Shown here one piece after another: positions 27,628 through 38,744 of a stretch of DNA of 64,000 nt. Below the pieces are notes generated by a model that had not been told where the DNA came from, searched no databases, and was given only the letters and a program-made list of their open reading frames with translations. How positions within the stretch are numbered: position 1 is the stretch's first letter; each line of letters opens with the position of its first letter. The stretch is from a virus. A program made the position numbers and the translations under genes. The DNA is taken from the IMG/VR virus record IMGVR_UViG_3300031951_000022, positions 64,001-128,000 of that record. The stretch is one strand, 5' to 3'.

Positions 27628-30600
27628 ATGGCACAAGGCTTTAACTTAACAGCAGAAATTAATCTAAGAGGGCCAAGTAATATCAGGACTGTAGTGGCTG
27701 ATATTAGAAGACAGCTAGGTAGTATAGATGTTAACATTAATCCTAGGTTGGATCAAAATGCAGCTCGTAATATTACCAGTCTTAATAATAGCCTAACCAG
27801 ACTCAATTCCACGCTATCAGCCACCAGAACTTCTGCCACAGACGCAGCCAGAGCTATTAGAGATCTAACACAAGCTGCCAATGGTCTAGGCAATAGATCT
27901 ATTCAGCAAAATATCAATAACGCTGCTGCCGCATGTCAAAATCTTGGTAGGTCAGCGGGAGGTGCCGGTGGAGACATAGGTGGCGCCTCTACTAGAATAG
28001 AAGAGTTTGGTAGACAGTCAGCTTTAGCCGTTAGACGTTTTGCTGCATTCAGCTTAGTAACGGGCACGATATATGCTTTAACAGGAGCTATCAGTAGGGG
28101 TATAGATGCTTTTATTGATTTCGATAAAGAGTTTGTTAGATTACAACAGGTTACCGGAGAAAGTGCTAAAGGATTAAAGGGACTAGCCAACGCTATAACT
28201 TCTTTATCAACAAGCTTGGGCGTAAACTCAGCAGAACTAACTACCGTAGCTGTGACTCTCGCACAGGCTGGTTTAAGTGCGACAGACACTAAGAGAGCGT
28301 TAGATGCATTAGCGAAAAGTTCATTAGCTCCATCGTTCGACGATATTAATGAAACTGTGGAAGGTAGTATTGCTTTAATGAGACAGTTCGGCATTGGAGC
28401 TAACGATCTAGAAAAAGCCCTAGGCTCTATTAATGCTGTATCAGCAAAGTTCGCTGTAGAAGCTAGCGATATTATTACTGCTATTCAGCGTACGGGTGGT
28501 GTATTTGCCACAGCCAGTAGAGGTGTGAGCGAAGGCACAGATGCTCTTAATGAATTTATTGCAGTTTTTACAAGTGTACGACAAACTACTCGTGAAAGTG
28601 CAGAAACTATTGCTACTGGTTTAAGAACAGTATTTACTCGTATTCAAAGAGGTCAAACAATAGATGCTCTTAAAGAATTCGGTATTGAGTTGACAGATCT
28701 AGAGGATAAATTCGTAGGACCATTTGAAGCTATCAGAAGACTGAGTGAAGGTCTTAGTACATTAGATCCAAGAGATGTAAGGTTTTCACAGATCGTAGAA
28801 GAGCTTGGTGGCTTTAGACAAATCGGCAAGGTTATTCCATTAATTCAGCAGTTCGCCGTTGCCCAACAGGCTTTAAAAACAGCACAAACAGGACAAGACT
28901 CTTTGGCGGCCGATGCTGCAACAGCACAATTATCTTTAGCTAATCAAATAGCAAAAGTTAGAGAAGAATTTACGGCACTTATAAGATCAATAGGCGAGAG
29001 TGAAAGTTTTAGAAGTTTCGTAAGTCTCGCCTTACAATTAGCTAGCGCTCTTATTCAGGTGGCTGATGCTGCCAAGGGAGTGCTGCCCGCTTTAACTGCT
29101 ATTGCTGCTATTAGAGGTGCCTCGTTTTTAACTCAGTTCGTCACTGGGTTTGGTGGTGGTATTGGTGGTGGTCGTGGTGGTCGTGGCCCTCGTAGATTTG
29201 CTACTGGTGGTTTAGTGCCAGGATCGGGTAATAGAGATACTGTTCCTGCTATGCTCACTCCCGGCGAGTTTGTTATACGTAAAAAAGCCGTAGAACAAAT
29301 TGGAACAGATAATCTGCTTAATATGAATAAAGGCGGGAGAGTTATCAGTCCTGCTGCGACTGAGTCTAAAATGCCACAGCTTTTTATGGAGCGTGGAGGA
29401 GACGTTTCTAATGAAATTAGACAACAGTTAGATACAGGAAGAAAATCACAAGGGTTCTCTGGTCAGACAGCAGCTAAAGGACTAGGGAAAATTACATCCT
29501 TAAGTGAGCAAATCGCACTATCTCCAGATCTTAACGACGTTTATGGTGGTGCGTTTTTAAGTCCAGAGGGTAGTGTAAGAGATCTTAAGGGTTCATTAGA
29601 TAAAAATATAATATCTTCTATTGTTAAAGGAACAGATGCTTATAAAGTTTTATCTAGAGCTAGTGCTCAAACCCCAGAAGGTAAACTTGTATTAGGAGAA
29701 TTAAAGAATATTGAAAAAGCAGCCCAGGCTAAAGGTGATTTTAGTTTGGTTGCTGAGTCGCTCGCTAAAAGTAAATCAGAAAAAATAGAAAATACTATTT
29801 TAGGTAAAGTTTATGATGCTGTTGAAGATGGCTCCAAAGAACTTTCTTCTGCAACAAGGATATCTACAGGAGGAGCATCAGAAGCTACAAGAATTTTAAA
29901 ACAGTCTAATATAGATAATGTCATTGGTAATATTTATGAAGCTATTATTAGTAATGCTGGCTCTCCATATAACGAAAAGGATAGAGACTCTAGCAACGAA
30001 GCTTTCGATTTTCCGTCGGGGTTGGGGTCTGTTGCTTCAAATTTTGGTTCTGGTAGATTAGCTAAAATTATTACAGACGCTAAAACAAGATTTACCTCTG
30101 GGAATATATCATCATTTCTTAATAAAGTAAAGAATTTTGAAAGTAAAAAACTATCTAAAGAAGTAGAAGCCATCTTAGATAGACCAGATATTTTATCAGG
30201 ATTTAGTACGCGAGAGCTAGCAGATAAAAGAGCTTCTAGTGCTAGGTCTGAAGTAAAAAGATTGGTTGATACCAGGATACAAAGAAGAGCATCTGGTGGG
30301 TCCATATCTGGCGAAGACACTGTTCCTGCCATGTTAACCCCCGGCGAATTTATAATTAATAAAAAAGCAGCAAAAAGAATTGGTTCATCTAGTTTACATA
30401 ATCTAAATAGGGCAGATAGAATTGGATACAATAAGGGTGGTGCTGTAGGACATATTCAACATTTTGCTAGTGGCGGTGGAGTACAAAAGTTTTTTGCTGG
30501 TGGGGCTGTTGCCGGTGTGAGAATGTTATTCACATCTATGCCTAGAATTATACAAGGTTTTCAAAGACTATCTACTTCTGTTCAAACAAGTTCTAAAGGC

Positions 30601-33504
30601 TTGACCATGTTTGGTCAAAAGGTTACCAAGCTAGATGTTGGTATACCTCGCACTGGTAGTGGCACAGCTAGAGCCGGCGGGTCTAGTGCTGGCAGAAGAA
30701 ATTTCGACAATCAAGGAGCCGGTGTTCCGCAAAACAGAGACATTGGCACCGCTGGATTATTGGCTTTGACTGCTGGAGGCGCCGCGGTTGAAGGTTTATC
30801 TAGTGGTATTGGTGGCTCAACCGGAGAAGTTATTAGTGCTGTAGGTAACGACGTTTTAAATTATTCTGCTATTGGAGCAACTATAGGATCTATGGTTCCC
30901 GTGGTGGGAACGGCAGCAGGAGCGGCAGCAGGAGCATTAGTTGGTTTAACTACAGGCTTATTTAAGTCTACAAAAGCAGTAAATGAATTCAATCTAGAGC
31001 TTGCTACAAATAAAAAGAACGCAGCCGCAGACGCATCAGATGCTAGTATTGCAAAGTTTGCTAAAACCGGATCACAATTAGACAAGGGTAATGCTTTATT
31101 GGACTTTAGTAAAACGATGAAAGCCGAACAAGAATTGGCTACCCAAAAGGGTGGTCTTAGAAAGATGACCACACAAGAGAACGTACAAGTGCAACAAAGA
31201 GGTGCTGAGCAAGCTATAGCTATACTTTCAGCAGAAATGTTGAATACGGGCCAAACGCTGGAACAAGTACAAAAGGCTATGGATCCAGCTTTGTTTGATA
31301 GTTTAAGTATAGAAATAGCCGAAGCTCAGTATGATTATATTGAAGCACAAAAAAGAATCAATCAAGAGTTTCAAGACGCAGAAGGAAACGAAGCTAAACA
31401 AAGAGATATTAAAAAACAAGGACTAATAGAACTTAAAAAAATTAGAGATAAAAATGTACAACTGCTCTTAGCAACTGCCGACGCAGAAGTTAAAACTAGA
31501 GAGAATGCTAAAAAACAAGCTGAAGTTAGAAAAGTAGTTGAATCTTTATTAGATAAATATCGTAAGATATCTGCAAGCCTTGAAAGATTTGGAGATGAGA
31601 TAGAAGCTATCAAGGAAAGCGCAGCTAACTCAGTTAAAGGTTTTCAGGGACAAGCAGAATTCAATAATGTTGACAGATCTAATGAGAAGACTCTTGGTAA
31701 TCTTAGTGCATATTCTATGGCAGAGGTTGCAAAGGTTGCCAACCAAGTTGGTAATTTAGCTGGAGGTCAAACAGGACAAGAATTAAGCAATAATATACAG
31801 TCAGCAAAAGTAGCTCAAGATATTTTGCCTGGAATTTTACGAAATACTATGGCAAAAGATTCTCAAGGGGTTGTGGATGAGTTAAAAGCGGCTTTTGCTA
31901 AGGAAAAGATTCCGTTCCCTGACTTTTTAGCTAAAGATATTACCTCTGTATTAGGAGATGAAAGTGTTAGCCGTCAAGGAAAAAGCTTTAGTGAACTAGC
32001 CGACGACCCATCTTTACTTAATAATCTAAGCAAAGCAATGGGCGTCTCATTAGAAACTGCTACCTTATACTTGAAAAAATATAATGATGCCCTACAAGCT
32101 GCTCTTACAGAGATTAGTAATAGTTATGCTAAATCTATGGCAGAGGCGGCAGAATGGCAATCTAAAGCATCAGATATTAGAGCCAGATCTCGCATTGAAT
32201 TAGACCAAGCACTAGGAAAAAATATTAGTTTGGAAAGAATGAATGAGCCATTTGATCAGAGAATCAGAGGATTAACGGGAGATGTGGTTTTCGGAGGCAG
32301 CACCAATCCAGCAGAAATTGCGAGAGGTATGAGAGACTCTATAGCTGCAAAACCAGGAGAAGAAAAAAAACTACAAGACTTATTAGCAAAAGACCTAGCT
32401 ATTGACCCCAACAACGAAGCAGCTAAAAAAGCATCCACAGCAGCTATTGTTAATCAAACGAAAGCTTTGGCTAATCAAAATAATGGTATTAATAATGCTC
32501 GTAAAGCACTAGAAGAATTAGCTAATGATAGCAGCGCAGCGGCTAATGCGTTAACAAAAATTCAAGAAGTCCAGAGAGTGTCTCAAGGAGCTACAAACTT
32601 TGCTCGCAAAGCACTAACAAGTGATAATGAGCAACTAGCAGAAATGAATGACGCATTAACCGCATATACTAAGATTGTATCTGGACAAGCTACCAAAGAC
32701 GAACTGAATTCTTTACCTTTTAGACAGCAAGGTTTTGAAGGTATGGATATGATTAAGGATTTAGTTCCAGAAAGCATGGGTAGGCGCATTGAAGCTCAAA
32801 TGACCAGACAAATGATCGAAGCTATGCCAAATGGACAAGAGCTTCTTAATAAGCCTATGGCTCTTCGTCCAGACGGAGAAAAAATTACTTTAGGTGGAGC
32901 GCTAGATAATGCCGCATCTGGTATAGATCCAGTACAACAAAAATATATTGACGCATATACAGAAGCAACATCTAGACAAGCAGAAGCAGCAGATGAACTA
33001 GGTAAATCGGCAGTCTCTGTTGCTCAAGTTTTTGAAGGTAAGATGGTAGAGATTCTAAATAGAATTGGACAAACAATGGGCGTAAAAGACGGAGTTCCGG
33101 CTATACCACAAGCTGGCGGTGCCGCCGGAGCACCTATTCCTTTTGGCGCCCTCCCAGCAGCAGCACCCAATAATGGTGGACAGGTCGCAAATAATGGTAA
33201 TGCAGTAGCTAATATACCCGGTTTCGGCCCCATCACAGTAGATGATGCCGCTAAACAATTTGCTCAAAGTATTAGCTCTGGATTTGAGGCATTTGGTACT
33301 TATGTACAAGCCCTGTCCGGTATTAAGTTGCCAGAAAAAATTGAACTATCTGGTAATCATGTTGTAGACGTTAGAATCACCGGAGCGGCTGCTTTTGATG
33401 CTCTAAAGAAAGATTTTACAAATATGATTTCTGTAGAAGTTAGTAAGGCTATGAATCAGATATGGAATCAAACTGGCGGTGGAATAGGAAGCGCCCCAAA
33501 ATAG
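27628..33504 (+). CDS. Tail tape measure protein (1958 aa)
   Basis: TP901-type TMP core (LAQAG...INAVS.KFAV...ETIATGLRT.F.RI), long helical Ala-rich sequence, two GG...DTVPAMLTPGEF repeats. Confidence 0.92.
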   Translation: MAQGFNLTAEINLRGPSNIRTVVADIRRQLGSIDVNINPRLDQNAARNITSLNNSLTRLNSTLSATRTSATDAARAIRDLTQAANGLGNRSIQQNINNAAAACQNLGRSAGGAGGDIGGASTRIEEFGRQSALAVRRFAAFSLVTGTIYALTGAISRGIDAFIDFDKEFVRLQQVTGESAKGLKGLANAITSLSTSLGVNSAELTTVAVTLAQAGLSATDTKRALDALAKSSLAPSFDDINETVEGSIALMRQFGIGANDLEKALGSINAVSAKFAVEASDIITAIQRTGGVFATASRGVSEGTDALNEFIAVFTSVRQTTRESAETIATGLRTVFTRIQRGQTIDALKEFGIELTDLEDKFVGPFEAIRRLSEGLSTLDPRDVRFSQIVEELGGFRQIGKVIPLIQQFAVAQQALKTAQTGQDSLAADAATAQLSLANQIAKVREEFTALIRSIGESESFRSFVSLALQLASALIQVADAAKGVLPALTAIAAIRGASFLTQFVTGFGGGIGGGRGGRGPRRFATGGLVPGSGNRDTVPAMLTPGEFVIRKKAVEQIGTDNLLNMNKGGRVISPAATESKMPQLFMERGGDVSNEIRQQLDTGRKSQGFSGQTAAKGLGKITSLSEQIALSPDLNDVYGGAFLSPEGSVRDLKGSLDKNIISSIVKGTDAYKVLSRASAQTPEGKLVLGELKNIEKAAQAKGDFSLVAESLAKSKSEKIENTILGKVYDAVEDGSKELSSATRISTGGASEATRILKQSNIDNVIGNIYEAIISNAGSPYNEKDRDSSNEAFDFPSGLGSVASNFGSGRLAKIITDAKTRFTSGNISSFLNKVKNFESKKLSKEVEAILDRPDILSGFSTRELADKRASSARSEVKRLVDTRIQRRASGGSISGEDTVPAMLTPGEFIINKKAAKRIGSSSLHNLNRADRIGYNKGGAVGHIQHFASGGGVQKFFAGGAVAGVRMLFTSMPRIIQGFQRLSTSVQTSSKGLTMFGQKVTKLDVGIPRTGSGTARAGGSSAGRRNFDNQGAGVPQNRDIGTAGLLALTAGGAAVEGLSSGIGGSTGEVISAVGNDVLNYSAIGATIGSMVPVVGTAAGAAAGALVGLTTGLFKSTKAVNEFNLELATNKKNAAADASDASIAKFAKTGSQLDKGNALLDFSKTMKAEQELATQKGGLRKMTTQENVQVQQRGAEQAIAILSAEMLNTGQTLEQVQKAMDPALFDSLSIEIAEAQYDYIEAQKRINQEFQDAEGNEAKQRDIKKQGLIELKKIRDKNVQLLLATADAEVKTRENAKKQAEVRKVVESLLDKYRKISASLERFGDEIEAIKESAANSVKGFQGQAEFNNVDRSNEKTLGNLSAYSMAEVAKVANQVGNLAGGQTGQELSNNIQSAKVAQDILPGILRNTMAKDSQGVVDELKAAFAKEKIPFPDFLAKDITSVLGDESVSRQGKSFSELADDPSLLNNLSKAMGVSLETATLYLKKYNDALQAALTEISNSYAKSMAEAAEWQSKASDIRARSRIELDQALGKNISLERMNEPFDQRIRGLTGDVVFGGSTNPAEIARGMRDSIAAKPGEEKKLQDLLAKDLAIDPNNEAAKKASTAAIVNQTKALANQNNGINNARKALEELANDSSAAANALTKIQEVQRVSQGATNFARKALTSDNEQLAEMNDALTAYTKIVSGQATKDELNSLPFRQQGFEGMDMIKDLVPESMGRRIEAQMTRQMIEAMPNGQELLNKPMALRPDGEKITLGGALDNAASGIDPVQQKYIDAYTEATSRQAEAADELGKSAVSVAQVFEGKMVEILNRIGQTMGVKDGVPAIPQAGGAAGAPIPFGALPAAAPNNGGQVANNGNAVANIPGFGPITVDDAAKQFAQSISSGFEAFGTYVQALSGIKLPEKIELSGNHVVDVRITGAAAFDALKKDFTNMISVEVSKAMNQIWNQTGGGIGSAPK

Positions 33505-33516
33505 GATAGATAACAC

Positions 33517-35253
33517 ATGAATAATATTTCTGTTTATTATTGTAAAGCTAGCGAATCTCCTGGATCATCACATAGATTATCGCCGGCCCCAACCATATCT
33601 ATTAGTCCAGAAATTTACTATGCAAATGATAATGTAATTGGCTATACTTATGCTATTACTCTTAATGGCTATGCTAATGCTCTGAGATTAGATCTGGATC
33701 CAGGGTCTACTGATTTTGGCTTAGAGCCAACCGTTGAACATATAGGACATATTAGAGAAGTATTCAATACTAATGGTGGTACTTTATATATTAAGGATGG
33801 ATCTAGAAACATTATTGTGGCTAAAGGTGCCACTATTAAAAATATTCAATTTGATACATCTGAGAATAGATGGGTAAATTATGCCCCATATACTGTAGAA
33901 GTTGAGTTTAATGAAGTTGATTTTATCGGTTGTTCTAATAACTCAGCTGTTGCCTGTAATAGTAGTTTTTTTCATTCTCCTCACCAAAGCGCGACTGTTA
34001 CAGCAGATAATTTGGTAGATATCAAAAAACATAAAATTAAAGAGTTTAGTGATAAATGGTCATTTACTGTAGAAAATGAAATTTACGATAATTATAATGG
34101 ATTTTTAAATTCTTTTTTTAATGTGTCTTATACAATATCAGCAACAGGCAAAAATTATTATGTTGGTGATAACTTGGTACCAGCTTGGCATCAAGCTAAA
34201 TTATTTGTACAAGAAAGATTACAAAAACAAGTTTTAGGACTATTGAATGGCGTTTTACAAATTACCCCTCTTAATATAGATGCTTGTGCAGCTTCGGGAG
34301 ATATTTCTAGTTTACACAACGTAGATACTTCTGCCCCAAGAGCTGGAGGATTATTGCAAAATCTCAACACTTTGAGAGATGGTGTTACTAGAACATTTGA
34401 TATTTATAACGAACAAATTTCTTGTGATACTTCGGAAGCGGAGGGCACATTTAGTGTAACCTATAATGCCTTAGTTAAGCGTAGCGATCCCGCTTTGAGT
34501 CCTTCGGCAAATGCCGCTATTTTCACTTATAATAAAAATATTACAGTAACTGATGATGATGGATTAAATGCTACTATTAATCTACAAGGCACAGTACAAG
34601 GACTAGTTAGAGGAGGATTTATATATTATAATAATGACTATGTATTACCATCTACTGGAACAATAGTTATAAATGTCGATAGCGCAGAAACTAAATATAG
34701 TAATGCTGTGGCTTATTTTAATGCCAAGATAGGTACAGCAACTGATTTGTTACAATCATTTAAAGCTTCGCTCAATATTACCAAAAGACAACTATTGCTC
34801 AAGGGTCCAGACGGATATCCTTCGCCATCTTCTTTTATTTTGGAACATAGCTATCATGATGGCTCTATTGGCATTACCGCTGTTTATGATAAGTCTCAAA
34901 CAGAAAATGCTGACAGAGGATACTATACATTATCCATAGTAAGAAATGATCCTGTAGAACTTATACAAGAGTTTGTTATTCCTGGCAGAATACAAGGACC
35001 ATTAATTCAAAGACTTAATGCTTTAACATCTAAAACAATAGCTATTAATATTGAAGGGGCCGATAGGTCGAACAAAATTTGTAACACGATAAACAACCTA
35101 GATCTATGCAGTCTTTACCCAGCTTTTAATATTCCTAATTATACTCAACTATTACAAGACAATGATATGTGGATCAAAACTAAAGAAGACTATACAATGA
35201 ATATTGTAGATGGTTCGTTTAGTATTGCTCTGGAATATACTTCTAAAGGATAA
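33517..35253 (+). CDS. Tail-tip/baseplate protein, paralog A
   Basis: Follows the TMP; co-linear similarity to 35258..37093. Confidence 0.6.
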   Translation: MNNISVYYCKASESPGSSHRLSPAPTISISPEIYYANDNVIGYTYAITLNGYANALRLDLDPGSTDFGLEPTVEHIGHIREVFNTNGGTLYIKDGSRNIIVAKGATIKNIQFDTSENRWVNYAPYTVEVEFNEVDFIGCSNNSAVACNSSFFHSPHQSATVTADNLVDIKKHKIKEFSDKWSFTVENEIYDNYNGFLNSFFNVSYTISATGKNYYVGDNLVPAWHQAKLFVQERLQKQVLGLLNGVLQITPLNIDACAASGDISSLHNVDTSAPRAGGLLQNLNTLRDGVTRTFDIYNEQISCDTSEAEGTFSVTYNALVKRSDPALSPSANAAIFTYNKNITVTDDDGLNATINLQGTVQGLVRGGFIYYNNDYVLPSTGTIVINVDSAETKYSNAVAYFNAKIGTATDLLQSFKASLNITKRQLLLKGPDGYPSPSSFILEHSYHDGSIGITAVYDKSQTENADRGYYTLSIVRNDPVELIQEFVIPGRIQGPLIQRLNALTSKTIAINIEGADRSNKICNTINNLDLCSLYPAFNIPNYTQLLQDNDMWIKTKEDYTMNIVDGSFSIALEYTSKG

Positions 35254-35257
35254 ACTT

Positions 35258-37093
35258 ATGTCTACATATAGCCCAGATGTAAAAATTTATTACGGACCCA
35301 AAGATGCTGATCATAGATTAATTCCGGCCCCAGATGTAGCTATTTCTCTGGAATTAGATTATAGTAATGATACGGTTATTGGTTATAAATATATTATTAC
35401 TTTAACTGGAATTGCTAGTGGATTAGATTTAAGAAATGTAGCCTATGGAGGTAATATACCAGAACCTTCAAGCTATGGGATAGGAGCCATAACAAATCAG
35501 ATTCATATCTTGCGTAAAATTCTTAGTCAAAATGGAAATATTTTACATATTGTTCATGGAGATACTGAAGACCATATCCTTAAAGCCAAGGGTGGTATTT
35601 TAAGATCTTTACGCTTTGATGAGTCCTCTAATAATTGGACCCATTTTGCTAATTATACTGCCACCATAGAGTTTACGTCTCTAGATCTACTAAACTATAC
35701 TGAAGACTGCTCTTCATTATTTTTGGATGGGGCGACTTATTCTGCTAATGATACCGGTATCACTAATATTGCTACATATAAAATTAAGAGCTTTACAGAT
35801 AGCTGGAAGCTTTCATTTGACGAAACAGAAGCATTTAATCGTGTTAAAAATATAGATACAGGTTATAATCTTAACATTAACAATAGTAGCTTTAACATAG
35901 AGTACTCCATCTCTGCTACAGGTAAGCATAATCATGTTTATACTGATGAGGAAACCGGGGAATCTAAATTATTGCCAGCTTGGGAACAGGCTAAGAACTT
36001 TGTGCAGTACAGATTATACTATCAAGTTATTAATCTTCTGAATGGCGTTCTTAAACTCTATGATAATGCCTGTACAAGCACAGATACTCTTTCGACTGTA
36101 AATATTCCGGGCACAACAGCGGCTGGATTATATTCTGGTTTGAATGATTTAGACTATAATATATTTAATGAACAAATTTCTTGTGAAAGCTCAGAATCAG
36201 ACGGCACCTTTTCTGCTACATATTCAGCGGTTGTGAAAAGTAAATTTGGTAATTTAAATTGGAGTAGCGTTAATACAAAACATACTGTAAATAAAACTGT
36301 TACTCGTACAAGCTCTCAAGAAGATCCAAATAATGTATCAATATCAGTTAATGGCTCTATAGAGGGTTTGATTCCTGGGGGTTTAATTAGGGCTCCTAAG
36401 CCACTCGCATTGCCTGATGGCGGAGCTTTTTTAATATTTAATGGCTCTACTCTCTCAAAGTATACGTATGCTAAACTTTTATTAGATCAAATTTATAGTG
36501 ATAATGATTATAATGGTGGTATTGGAGATACTGGAAAAAGAGACTTAAGACCATTTTTTAAAAATGCTTTAGGAATAGTATTACCAGCACTAAATGAAAA
36601 CTGCACTATAGACCCAGGAGTTCCAGAACCAGCAGATCCTCCGCATCCAGTATCATTTAACTTGACACATGACTATAATAGTGGTATTATTACATATGAT
36701 GTTGAATATAATAGTAACAATCTCGGAGGTCGTAAGTATAGAGACGTTTCTATTCAGATTACTAATCCTAACAAGGTGATAGCTGTATTCAGCATACCTA
36801 ATAGCTTGGCTTGTGCCAGAACACAAGAGTTGGGAACATATACGGCTAAAACAGTTAGTGTGACTGTACAAGGAAGAGACTATAGTGAAATGGGTCAACC
36901 CACAGAACTTAACTTAGTAAATGAATGGATGTCTGGTGGGTGGTGTATAGATGAAGCATACCTACCTATCGCCTTACCAATGTTAAATAATGCGATATTG
37001 ACCCAAAAACAATATACAAAAGACCCAATCACAGGAGCATTTACAGTTAATTTGACGTATATTTGCGATAATCCAGGATGTTATATAGCTTAG
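35258..37093 (+). CDS. Tail-tip/baseplate protein, paralog B
   Basis: Shares HRL.PAP, IK.F.D.W, ISATGK, PAW.QAK.FVQ and NEQISC..SE..GTFS with paralog A; AAGGA RBS. Confidence 0.6.
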   Translation: MSTYSPDVKIYYGPKDADHRLIPAPDVAISLELDYSNDTVIGYKYIITLTGIASGLDLRNVAYGGNIPEPSSYGIGAITNQIHILRKILSQNGNILHIVHGDTEDHILKAKGGILRSLRFDESSNNWTHFANYTATIEFTSLDLLNYTEDCSSLFLDGATYSANDTGITNIATYKIKSFTDSWKLSFDETEAFNRVKNIDTGYNLNINNSSFNIEYSISATGKHNHVYTDEETGESKLLPAWEQAKNFVQYRLYYQVINLLNGVLKLYDNACTSTDTLSTVNIPGTTAAGLYSGLNDLDYNIFNEQISCESSESDGTFSATYSAVVKSKFGNLNWSSVNTKHTVNKTVTRTSSQEDPNNVSISVNGSIEGLIPGGLIRAPKPLALPDGGAFLIFNGSTLSKYTYAKLLLDQIYSDNDYNGGIGDTGKRDLRPFFKNALGIVLPALNENCTIDPGVPEPADPPHPVSFNLTHDYNSGIITYDVEYNSNNLGGRKYRDVSIQITNPNKVIAVFSIPNSLACARTQELGTYTAKTVSVTVQGRDYSEMGQPTELNLVNEWMSGGWCIDEAYLPIALPMLNNAILTQKQYTKDPITGAFTVNLTYICDNPGCYIA

Positions 37094-37100
37094 GACTATT

Positions 37101-38723
37101 ATGAGTGATATTATTACACAACCAATTAAGTTTTTAGGGGCCACAGTATTATCTTTTAATGCTACTTTAGGCTTCGGTTCTACCCAAGAAACAACTATTA
37201 ATGTTGATTTAGTGGAAGATTGTGCAAACGGAGATTTATTTTATCCTAATAATGGATTAATTTTTGTTGGAGGTCCAGTATACTTTAGTGCTGGCGCTTT
37301 TAATTTTGGTGGTATTCTGACTAATTGGACAGTATCTCAGGGTGGAGGTGGGAAAACGTTTAATGTTAGGGCTGTAGACCCAAGGTCTCTTTTGGAAAAT
37401 TCTGTAGTTATTATTGATACATATTTAGGTCCGCCAACTCAAGGAATAAATTATTTTAATGTATATGCTGGTTACGAATCTCCTGTTTTAAATGGCAACT
37501 GTCAATTTTTTGGTAGTTCTCTGGGTAATGAAAGAGGTATGCCATATCAGGCTATAATTAGTAAACTTCAACAGATGAACCCAACTATATACTCACCTAC
37601 TGGTTATGCTTTTACTGTTAATTTTAGTTCTTTCCCAACAGGCTTACCAGAATACTATAGAGTTCCAGGACCACAAATCACCCTACTGCAACTTCTTCAA
37701 GACGTTTGTGACATTCTAGGATATGATTTTTATGTAGACTTATTGCCGGGAGGCATTATTAGTGTTGGATTGGTTAATCTTAGACAGCAACCCACTAGTT
37801 TCAACAGCATAATTTCCGCATACAATGGAATTGCCACGGATCTTTCATATGGTCAAGAGTTGAGAAATGAAAAAACCAGAACAGTATTGTTTGGTGAAAA
37901 ACAACATTATTTAGCTCCTATAGATAAATTTAATTTCTTTTTTGGAGAAGATCTAATTAATAATGAAATGGTTCCCGTTATTCCATTTAGAGAAGATTCT
38001 TGTGGCTTTTGGATCAATAAAAAAGTGGATTCATTAAACGCAGCTCTTACTAGGCCACTACCAACTAATGGCCCCTATGAAATTTCAGAACTAGATATTC
38101 GTGCTGCACTATCGTCTTATAAGCTATGGAAAAATAGAGTTTTAACAGCTACTATCCCAGGATCTTTTAATGAGGCTATAAGAGCCAACTGGCCAGAGGC
38201 GGCAGAAGACCTACGGGCGGCTGGTCAAGTATTAGCTAATGGTGGAGACGCGATTAAGGCAACAGAAAATCCTCAGCGAGGATTTGTTGATCAAATGCAA
38301 AATGCTCGTAAACCAGCAGCTAAAAGTAATAAGCCAGAATTTTTAAATGATCTAGAAAAAGTATTTAATTTTGTGAAAAATCTTGGTAGTACATATTATG
38401 GCAAACAATTTTTTGTACCTTTAAACCAAAGAATTTGTTATTATAGAGGAGATGATTTTCAAGAAATTATTTTCTCAGACGTTCCAACCAACGATGGAGG
38501 CTGGGTAGAAGAAGGAGTTCCAGTGTTGGGGTTAGCAGATCCCGAATTGTCTGCTTTTAGAGAAGAAGATAATAGGGTAGGATGTTTTGCAGTTTTTGCT
38601 TTCAATGCCGCAGAAGCACCCATACCAGAAACCTCAGAAGAAGATACTAGTACTGGACCCGTATCTATCCCTGATGATTCTGTGTTTAATGATGGCAGTA
38701 TTCCCCCAGAGCTTCCCTCTTAG
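37101..38723 (+). CDS. Baseplate hub-like/tail-tip protein
   Basis: FLGATV.SF...LG, VDPR.LL and LLQLLQDVCD..GYDFYV; synteny. Confidence 0.55.
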   Translation: MSDIITQPIKFLGATVLSFNATLGFGSTQETTINVDLVEDCANGDLFYPNNGLIFVGGPVYFSAGAFNFGGILTNWTVSQGGGGKTFNVRAVDPRSLLENSVVIIDTYLGPPTQGINYFNVYAGYESPVLNGNCQFFGSSLGNERGMPYQAIISKLQQMNPTIYSPTGYAFTVNFSSFPTGLPEYYRVPGPQITLLQLLQDVCDILGYDFYVDLLPGGIISVGLVNLRQQPTSFNSIISAYNGIATDLSYGQELRNEKTRTVLFGEKQHYLAPIDKFNFFFGEDLINNEMVPVIPFREDSCGFWINKKVDSLNAALTRPLPTNGPYEISELDIRAALSSYKLWKNRVLTATIPGSFNEAIRANWPEAAEDLRAAGQVLANGGDAIKATENPQRGFVDQMQNARKPAAKSNKPEFLNDLEKVFNFVKNLGSTYYGKQFFVPLNQRICYYRGDDFQEIIFSDVPTNDGGWVEEGVPVLGLADPELSAFREEDNRVGCFAVFAFNAAEAPIPETSEEDTSTGPVSIPDDSVFNDGSIPPELPS

Positions 38724-38744
38724 TTTTAAATAAGGACTATATTT

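Noticed and set aside
27936-33309. Numerous minus-strand ORFs inside the tape measure and other long genes
   Set aside because: Shadow ORFs on the non-coding strand of well-supported genes.
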